A stretch of DNA of 58,351 bases, filler included, from Sphacelaria rigidula (lineage: Eukaryota): the NCBI GenBank assembly GCA_964200075.2. It is 7 parts of 7 records of this genome, joined end to end, with 100 filler letters (N's around TTAATTAATTAA, not from the genome) between each part and the next. Parts side by side here need not be neighbours in the genome. Positions count along the whole stretch, not along the records: positions 50,103 to 58,351 come from CAXNAA020011777.1; 6 more parts are not named here. One strand, 5' to 3'. The position numbers and the translations under genes are program-made. The notes under the pieces were generated by a model. That model worked only from the letters and a program-made list of their open reading frames with translations. It was not told the DNA's origin and did no database searches. Each line of letters opens with the position of its first letter. Position 1 is the first letter of the stretch. Of the stretch, positions 50,156 to 58,351 are shown in pieces.

Positions 50156-53100
50156 CACCTTCTTTTGGCATAATAAAGCTGCGGGTTGCCTCTGCCTCTC
50201 CCCCGGCGACCTCTCGGGGACCGCTGCTCGTGCCAACTTGAGGAGCTGCTTTCGTCTTCAGAGTTTGATTCCTCCCAGTTCCGCGGCTCTCTGGTTTCGC
50301 AGACCCTCGAGAACCCCCTTCCGTTGATTCCCGGAGATGTCCTCATTGAGTGGTACTCCAACCCATCTGACAAGGGCCCGTCTCTTGGGCACGTCCGTTT
50401 TATCTCCTGATATTCCGGGAAAGACGAATCATTCGCAAAAGTTGACGCTGTCGACCGCGGGTGTCGATCCGAGCGGACCGGCGCCATCCCGACGGCTGGC
50501 TACCGTTGCACCGCAGGGATTCTTTTCACGGCCGGCTGCCGGTGCACATTCTGATTTTCTGGCGTGTGGGCCGGCGGAAGTTGCGCGACGGGCGCCGGGT
50601 CCTCTGTCGAGGGGGTGGCAGCCCCCCCGAGAGAGTCGCTGAGCCCCCGCTGATATTCAGCATACTCCACTGGCCCCATGCGCTTCGGCAAGATATTTGC
50701 GTCTGGAACCTGATCGACCGTGGTCCTTTCCCGGGTTTTCCGGGCCTCTAACACTGCCAGCTCCTGGTTGGCCACTGCCGCCATCAGGTCTCTGCTTCTC
50801 TTTTCCAGCTCCTCCCCCTTCTTTTTGTTTCTTTCCATTTCTTGCGTGATTTGTTCTTGTTGCGACCGCACCCTTTCCAACTCATCTTTTTCTCTTTTGA
50901 ATCTTTCCGTTTTTTTGCTAGCTCACGGCGTGCCATCTGCGGGATCACAGTTGGGGGTACAGATCCGTTGAATGTTCCAGTCCTAGTTTGCTTTACAGCT
51001 TCAGCGTAAGCGATATGGTTCGGCTTTTATTTTTCTCGATACCAACTCCCATTCTGTGCCAGCGGACTCATTCACATCTCAGGGAGGCTGATTGCGAGTC
51101 TTCCCTGCTTCGACAGACGTTAACGACAAACGCCGAGCCATTGCCTCATCTTGTTTCATCAATTTTTCAATCTTCTCTTTTCTTCGGGCCGCAGCACGTA
51201 ATTCCGCCTTATGTAACAAGTGTGCGAAAACCTCATCCCCATCGGTGTCCGACTCCCCAAAGGTAATTTCCCTGTCTGGGGAGTGTGATCCCATTCCATA
51301 CGAACGTTCGACCGTATGTCTCGCCACCGTTATGGGTTTGCGGAAAATGTGAGCCTCTTTTCGGCTACTTCCAGCCAACTTGGGCCTCGTCTGACCGGAC
51401 GGAATGGGGGTGTAGACCCCTCGAGGCGCAGTAACCGTCGTGTCTGAACGACTCCCACCATCAGCGTCCTTGCCCAACACGCGGCATCTATCCTCGCGGG
51501 ACAGGGAATCCAGTAGTTTACGAACATTGTCAACCACATCGTCAATCACAGCACTCGGTTGGATTTTCTCGACCATGGAGTCATCTACACAGGCAACCTC
51601 ATCGTCTACTTCTTTATCTGGTGCAATCACCTCTTCAGTCGTAGACACCCGCGGTTCCGCAGGGGTGGCCTCGCTAGCCGAACCAGCCGTCTCCACCGGG
51701 GTGGTGTGCGAGATCATCACCCCTGGCAGCCCCCCTGCCGGAGCTTTCCCCTTCTGGGATGTGCTGCTGGGCGACGATGGCTTAGTGTCTGCCGTGTGAG
51801 GAAGAGCACCAACAACAGCAGTAGCGCGCGTGATCATCATCGGTTCCAGTGACAGTTCATGGACTTGCGAAGGCGACGACAAACGATCAACCAACTGAAC
51901 ACTCTGGTCTGTCCGGTTCGTTCGTTCCGTTTTTAATAGAACAGCATCTGTTCCTTGCATCTCAATAGATTGCTGCGGTTCTTTGTTCAACCTCGCCATG
52001 CTACAATCGCTACCTTCAATATCCGACAGGATTGATCGTAGTTGTGACTCCGTTTTGTGGAGTATCACAATCTGTTGCACTACTCCCGATGCAGTCAATT
52101 GTCGACCACCTTGCGCTATCCTTGTCGTGGAAAAGTGGGACACTGAATCACCCTGAGGCTCTCTCGAGTTTGAACCTATTTCTCGGCTCTGCTCGTCGGT
52201 TCCCTCCTGTTTATCATGAACTCAAGACAGTGGTACCTGGGTACCTTCTATCATTTCGGCATCATCACCACCTTTTGCCTGATCACCCACAACTATGTCA
52301 TTTGTTCTCGTGGGCGACTGCAAATTGCTACCAGCAAGCATGTTCTTCACATCAACAGATGATTCACCTCTACTACCAGCAAGCATTTCATTTCGATCCG
52401 TGGGCGTCCTCATGTTGCTACCCACCAGTGTGTTACACACAGCCCTGGGCAGATGTGAAATTTCGAAATCATTGAGTGGCACAGTGGGCACGTCACTGTC
52501 ATCATCGGCAGAGGCTGGGACACACGGCGTTTCTGCGGTCCGCTTTCGTCCCCCTCTGTCGACAACATGTGTAATGTGAATTTTTGCCCCTGCTACAGTC
52601 AGGCTCTCAACACATTTCGTGCCATCTGTGTTGGAGGCGTGAAGCGCCGACGTTGTCTCATCGGTAGGGCTTCGACTACCTCCAGGGATAAACACTGGTT
52701 CTACATCTGATGCACGACGCGAGTTATTTTCATCGCCTATAGGCGAATTACTCTGTGCTTCCGTCCTGTCATTGTCACGGTGCGGGCGAGGCGCCGGAGA
52801 TTTCTCGGTGCTGCTTCTATCCCCCCCAGTGTTTATACCTGAATATGTTGAAAGCCTCGGTCCGGAGTCCGACACCCTTTCAACTAACTGACTCCTCATT
52901 TCGTCCTTCAATTGTCTCTGATACATCCGACACATGTGTCTCTGATACATGCGACACATGTGAACTAGCCGCAACAGTCAAAGCTGTATTTCGTGCCAGT
53001 TCATCTGCCCTACGCTGTGACCTTGTTCGGACCCCCTTCGTCTTTTGCACATCACGCACGGAGCGATTGCTCTTACCGGACATGTTGGTAGGCGGAGTGT

Positions 53101-53168
53101 CGAACCGAAGAACTGTGCTGTGCAGACCGTGCTGAACCTTCCTCACAGAGTACCGTCGATCGCCAGTG
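50156..53168 (-). mobile_element. 5' part of a probable LTR retrotransposon: candidate PBS and frameshifted gag-like low-complexity ORF chain
   Basis: ...GTCA-C-TGGCGATCGACGG at 53168-53153, then ATG at 53083 (MSGKSNRSVRDVQKTKGVRTRSQRR), then four colinear intronless minus-strand ORFs with coiled-coil and Ser/Arg-rich segments. Confidence 0.5.
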
Positions 53169-53180
53169 ACAGGGACGACA

Positions 53181-53630
53181 TAACCCTTTTGGGACCGTCT
53201 ACCTCGCAATCGCGTGTTAACGGCAGGTAGCGATAGTTTCGTGATATTGAGAGTAGGGCGTTGATTGCGGTCCGAGGCAAGAGTAGGTCACCTGTTGAAT
53301 CGGCGTCAATTCCACTTGAAAACGTATGCGTGATCCAGATGGACTACCCTCCTCTTAACCCTGTTGGGACCGTTTACCTCGCAATCGCGTGTTAACGCCA
53401 GGTAGCGATGGGTTCGTGAGAGTGAGAGTAGGGCGTTGATTTCGGTCGAAGGCAAGATAATAGTTCACCTGTTGAATCGGCATCAATTCCACTTGAAAAA
53501 GTAAACGTGATCCAGATGGACTACCCTCCTCGCCGTCGAAGGGTTGATCCTTTTGGGACCTTCTACCTCGCAATCGTGTGTTAGCGGCAGGTAGCAATGG
53601 TTTCGTGCGATTGAGAGTAGGGCGTTGATC
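53181..53630 (+). repeat. Tandem array of about 2.5 units of 175-190 bp
   Basis: Units start AACCCT.TTGGGACC...TACCTCGCAATCG at about 53182, 53357 and 53547. Confidence 0.85.
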
Positions 53631-54791
53631 GAGAGTGGGTTCTATCATTCGCTTCCAAGTTTACCAATCGTTCATTCCACGTATACTTTTCTTTGCCTAC
53701 ACCACTGGCGTGTGCTTTCAGCTACACGTCGATATCCTACTGAGTGATATCAAGGGTTTCATTTCAGACCATCGCTGCTTCCTTTCTTTTTTCCTTTCTG
53801 AGGTCGTTGCTTTCGTTTTTTTCTGTTTCTTTTTTTCTTTTTCTTTCATCACTCTGTTCTTTTTTTGCTGCTCCTGACCACGGGTTAGATTGTTGTAATC
53901 AGCTAATCTGATGCGAGATAATGAATCAACCAACATTTTTTTCATGGCAGTCATCAATCTCAATTTTTTTCACATTGGGGGGAAAAAAATGGGGGAACGC
54001 ATTTCATGGACCAAATCGGGGGCCCGAAAATATCGGGGTGTTGCGATCTCAGAACGATTTCTCCCGATTTGTTTGAAAAAGATCGGGAGATCAGTCCGAG
54101 ATCGTGACTCCCCCCGATTTTGAGGAGATGACGTACGTGCATTGATGTACAATGGTAGGGTAGGAGACGTTTGAAACTTTCGCAATCGCGGCAGAAGGCA
54201 GTCTCAATGATGATTTCGTGAGATTGACAGTAAGGGATACGAGTGAGAGTGTAAAGCGGCCAATTAGTGAATGAATCGTTTCAGTTCCGAAATGCACCTC
54301 CACGAGGTTCAATCTGTTTACTGTGGTAGCTTGCCACTGAGACCTTTGATATCCCTGAGTAGGATATCGACGTGTATCTGTAAGCACACGCCAATGAAAA
54401 AAGGTGTAAGGTCAGTGCCTTCTGCGTCGCCAAGATTCTTTATTTTCGGTCGCGTTTTGTCCGTGTTCGAAGGTTGAAATGTGTTCATTTTATGCAGATA
54501 TCTGAGCCGCGGAGGATGGGTGGAGAATGACGGTGATTATTTTGTTCTGTACGATCAGTGTCTTCTGCCTTGTTTCGATTCTCGATTCTCGTTCGGAGTT
54601 TGTCGTTTTTGGAAGATTGAATACGTTCATTTTGCGTGGATTTCTCGGATGAAGAATGAGTGGAGCTTTACGATTATCTCTTTAGTTATGCAAGACCAGT
54701 GTCTTCTGCCTCCTTCTGCCTCTTTTTTTGGTCAGGTTTAATCGTCGTCAACGATGTTTGGAAGTCCAAACTGGCAAAAAGAAGAGAACGA

Positions 54792-54860
54792 GTTATCTCT
54801 GGATCTTATCTTCGCCTCTAAGCCCAGTTATCTCTGGATCTTATCTTCGCCTCTAATCCC
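54792..54860 (+). repeat. 35-bp tandem duplication
   Basis: AGTTATCTCTGGATCTTATCTTCGCCTCTAA(G/T)CCC twice. Confidence 0.85.
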
Positions 54861-55678
54861 AAATGTGGGCGACCGCTGATGTCGGTTGCAACACTCCGCA
54901 TCATCCTTTCCCTTGGGTAACGCTTCACTGAGCGCGGGCGCGAAGCGCCTAAAACCTTGTAGCAATTACTTCATTTATCCTTTTGGCCGTTGAAGAGCCT
55001 TGGATGCAGGTGCACTTTTTTCACTTGGTTTTAGAGTACGGCTGAACGGCTTTCCCACAAGGTCTGAGAGGCCAGCATTTGCCCACACTTGATTTTAGAG
55101 CACGGCGACACGGTGTCATTCGGTCGTTCTCAGAAGCTCAGAGAGGCGAGCATTTGCTCTTACTTGATTTTAGACTACAGCGAACGGGGTCATTTCGTTC
55201 TCTCAACCTCCGACAAAGCAGCATTGCATGATTCCCCTTCAGGAGGTTTCGGGAGCATCGCTCCCACGGCAGTGCTCTGCATGGTGTTTTCCGCCTTCTT
55301 TCCTCGCCATGGCGGTAGACCCTTCGTGCGCCCATGTCACACCGCACACAGGACTGTCAGAATCGTTCCCAGAGGCTCTGAGACAGGTGCACTTTTTCAC
55401 TTGCTTTTAGAATACGGTGAAACGGGGTCTCTTCGTGACCCTTTGACCGTCGAAGATGCCACCTCTTACCGTATACAGGTCACTTGAAAATTGAATCGCG
55501 GAACGACTCTCCGTCCATTCTCGGCGCACACCGGAAGCATATTGTGATCTTGCCCGCATGTCGAGTCGTCTCGACTGTACTTCCCTTTCCCTGTCTATGC
55601 TGCTGCTTCTGCTCTGCCATACATGCATTTTTTCGTCATTATGTGCCGGCTTCTACTTTTCATATTTTAGTCGGCAGA

Positions 55679-55780
55679 CGGTTGCTCTGGTGGCTCAGTT
55701 GATAACCCCCAAACCTTATGGCGGTTGGGTCGTCGGTTCGAACCTCAGTGCAGTCACAGGATCTGGAATTTTATCTCACT
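55679..55780 (+). mobile_element. SINE family A head
   Basis: TGGTGGCTCAGTTGA...GGTTCGAACCTCAGTGCAGTCAC matches the head of 15417-15790. Confidence 0.75.
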
Positions 55781-55806
55781 CCATGTTTAACAGTGGGCGG
55801 CGACTA

Positions 55807-56106
55807 CAATGTTTTCGTGAGATTGAGATGGAGCGCTGATTGAGAGTGACTTTAACTGTTCGCTCCAACGAAGCCAGTTTTTCATTCCATGCCTGCTTTT
55901 TTTCGCCTCTGGCAGTGACGTGTGCATACAGCTACCCGTCGATATCTTGCTCAGGAGTATCAAGGGTCTCAGTGGCAAGCTCCTACAGTACAGAGAGCAT
56001 CCTGAGCTTCATGGAGGGGCATTTCGGAACTAAAACGATTCATTGACTAATTGACCGCTTTTCACTCTCAATCGTATCTTCTATTCTCAATATCACGAAA
56101 ACATTG
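55807..56106. mobile_element. Tc1/mariner-like MITE (CAATGTTTTCGTGAGATTGAG TIR)
   Basis: 21-bp TIRs with one mismatch, flanks TA and TT. Partial copies at about 53595-53765, 54205-54395 (inverted) and 17805-17852. Confidence 0.75.
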
Positions 56107-56114
56107 TTTACAGT

Positions 56115-57300
56115 TTGTCGTGAGTTGTGGCAGTATAGGCAAAACCGCAAGCAGTAAAACCGTATACGCCGAACGCAAGCAAGCCACACCCTTGTGAGGT
56201 GTCAACAATCGGTCCTGGATTGACTTGCTACACTCAAACCGTTGTTTCAACCTCTCAATCCAATAGCCCAGCTGTCAAAGGAGAAAATCGCACAGTCCCA
56301 AAGCCAGAAAACAAGTAATAATTGTGGATGAGGGTAGAAGTACAGCACAGCTTAGACTCAGGTCAATGCTGTCGCTCGCGACCGTAGAGGCGGAGAGACC
56401 AAGGATGGTAGGTGATAGTAAACAGCTCTTCTTTATCCAAGAGGTGCTTGTAGGCTGCGGTCGGTGTGTTCGAGTGAGACAGGTGGGTAGAACAGCTGGG
56501 GGCAGCTGTTCTATCGGTCCGTCCGTTTGCCCCGCTTACAACCTCGTCATAATATAAGATCACCGTGATGTGTTGTGTCTTTGGCCAAACAACGCTGTAG
56601 TGGCAGCAGGTACACGCGGCTAATCGGGTACAATTTATCTACCTTTAACCAGCTGCGTCAACAATAAAAAGAAACTCCAAATCCTGCCTTACCACGGCAC
56701 ACGTTCGTCTAGAATCTTTCCATACCCGTCGGTCGTTTCTGGGGATCATCTGCATCCCCAAAGAAGTAGTTTAATTCAGGCACTCAGTCATTTACCATCA
56801 CATTAGCCCATCCTGGATCGTTCAAGTGCAGTCACTTTTCAGAAGGGACGAACTTGCATCGAACCACACCTCTCCCACACCACAGAAAACTGAGATTCCA
56901 TTTGAACTTCGAGTCTTCGCTGGTACGGGGTACGGGAAGGGGCGATCAACACAAACAAAAACAATAACACACAGACACAAGAACCGATACAATAGTTCTT
57001 GTTCTCATGTTCCATTAGTTTTTCAGACGGAGTCATGGGAAATAAAAAATATAAATCCAAACTCAACAATCAAACCGTACACCACAAAATGCAGTGTCTT
57101 CAGAATGTCGTGAGCATTTCCGGGATAGCCACAGGAACTCAGAGACCTATCAATGAAACGATTATCCTACCCTGCCATAACTATATCATGAATAAATAGT
57201 TCACTCTTTTCCGGATGTCAGATTTGTTGTAGGTCATCGGTGAAAAAACAAGCAAGCCCGCCAAGGCATTTTACCACTCCGATAACCAAGTTCATGCTAA
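56115..57300 (+). pseudogene. Decayed intronless RecD2/TraA-like SF1B helicase
   Basis: Ordered remnants: VSCGSIGKTA (Ia), STI, VIIVDEG (II), MVGDSKQL (III), YGKG..QTK, FSDGVMG, YPAITI...GCQ (V), FY/TPITK (VI). Confidence 0.55.
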
Positions 57301-58351
57301 TCACTCGTCCCAGTCAATCAGCAAAAGCCAGCAACGTACAGTCGATTTCGTCGCGGAAATGGTAGTTTCCCGCGAAAACCACACGTTGGTAAAATAAAAA
57401 ATAAAAAATGATACGGACAATTTAACCCGTTTGACGTGAGCTAATTGTCGGTACATGGTTGTGAGAACAACGACTTGCTTGGGACGTCTGGTTGATGATG
57501 CAGTCGTACAGCATTTTTTGTTTCTCACACGACGATACGAAAACAACCGACCGGTTTGTGAGGTCAGGTGTCCGTACACGTCAAAATAAATATAGTGAAC
57601 GATACACAACCTTCGGTCCTACTACGTAGTTCCGAGGCGGATCGCTCAGCACGTTTCTGACCCACGACAAATACACTGGACAGAGAGGACCAACGCATCC
57701 CACTCCGTACCGTATTGCCCGTTCGGACTAAAACGAGACTGGCCCGAGATCAAACTGGAGTAAAACCCACAGTCGGTCGTGCCGTCACGTTCCTTCGTCC
57801 AATATTCCCTGACAAAAACAAAACACCACCGACCGATTTCAGGGGCGGGCAATTGTACGCAAAAAACTGGTAAAAGCGACAGAAAAAATAGCGAGTGGCG
57901 GATTCTGAGCCTGAAGGATGTACCAATGGTCGAATATCGACATGGCGGAACGGATAGTTCCAAAAGAGCAATCTACCTTATCATGATACGATGTGGTCCT
58001 GTATGAGGAGACGTTTGCAATCGATCATACCGCGACTTCAATAACAATTCGTTAACACCGCCATGTACGACGCGGCCAGTGGTGGCTTCGTTGTAACTTA
58101 CCAATCACCAAAGTATAAATCATCGCGTCGCAAGCGCTAACCATACCTGACGCCCACGTCTGGAATATTTACGCTCTTGTTTAATCGCTCCGCACGCGAG
58201 TGCCGCCTCCCTCTTCGGGACCGGTCATGACGTGTCCTTTTTCGTGTACTATGTTGAAGATTTACTTTATTTTATATTATTTTTGAGTCATCCTACGATA
58301 GGGGGGGGGGTATTTGGTTGCACGAAAAACGAGGCTCATAAGTGTGTCAGG

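Noticed and set aside
55010-55432. CRISPR-like repeats (CACTTGRTTTTAGAG, four times, resembling type II-A GTTTTAGAG)
   Set aside because: The intervening sequences resemble each other (GAGAGGC.AGCATTTG), spacing is irregular, repeats are degenerate, there are no cas genes and the context is eukaryotic. It is a degenerate tandem or subterminal repeat.

Overview
Eukaryotic, repeat-rich nuclear DNA, probably from a brown alga or other stramenopile (inferred from gene structure and transposon content). The window is not one locus. It is seven contigs of 8251, 8251, 8250, 8250, 8250, 8250 and 8249 nt joined by identical 100-nt N-TTAATTAATTAA-N linkers, so adjacency across the linkers carries no information. 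Contig 1 holds seven spliced exons from the C-terminal region of a VPS13-family gene. Contig 2 holds one homoserine dehydrogenase exon and a hAT-type non-autonomous element. Contig 3 is a cluster of CACTA/CMC-like elements and tRNA-derived SINEs. Contig 4 holds a decayed Ty3/gypsy element whose integrase tail has a chromodomain plus an apparent PWWP/Tudor-like domain. Contig 5 holds a DIRS/Ngaro-type tyrosine recombinase fragment and a tentative decayed Upf1-like helicase. Contig 6 holds LINE ends and a tentative decayed KDZ/CxC-type transposase. Contig 7 holds a gag-like ORF chain with a candidate PBS, several MITEs, and a decayed intronless RecD2-like helicase of possible viral or bacterial origin. 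All family calls come from reading motifs by eye; no searches were run.
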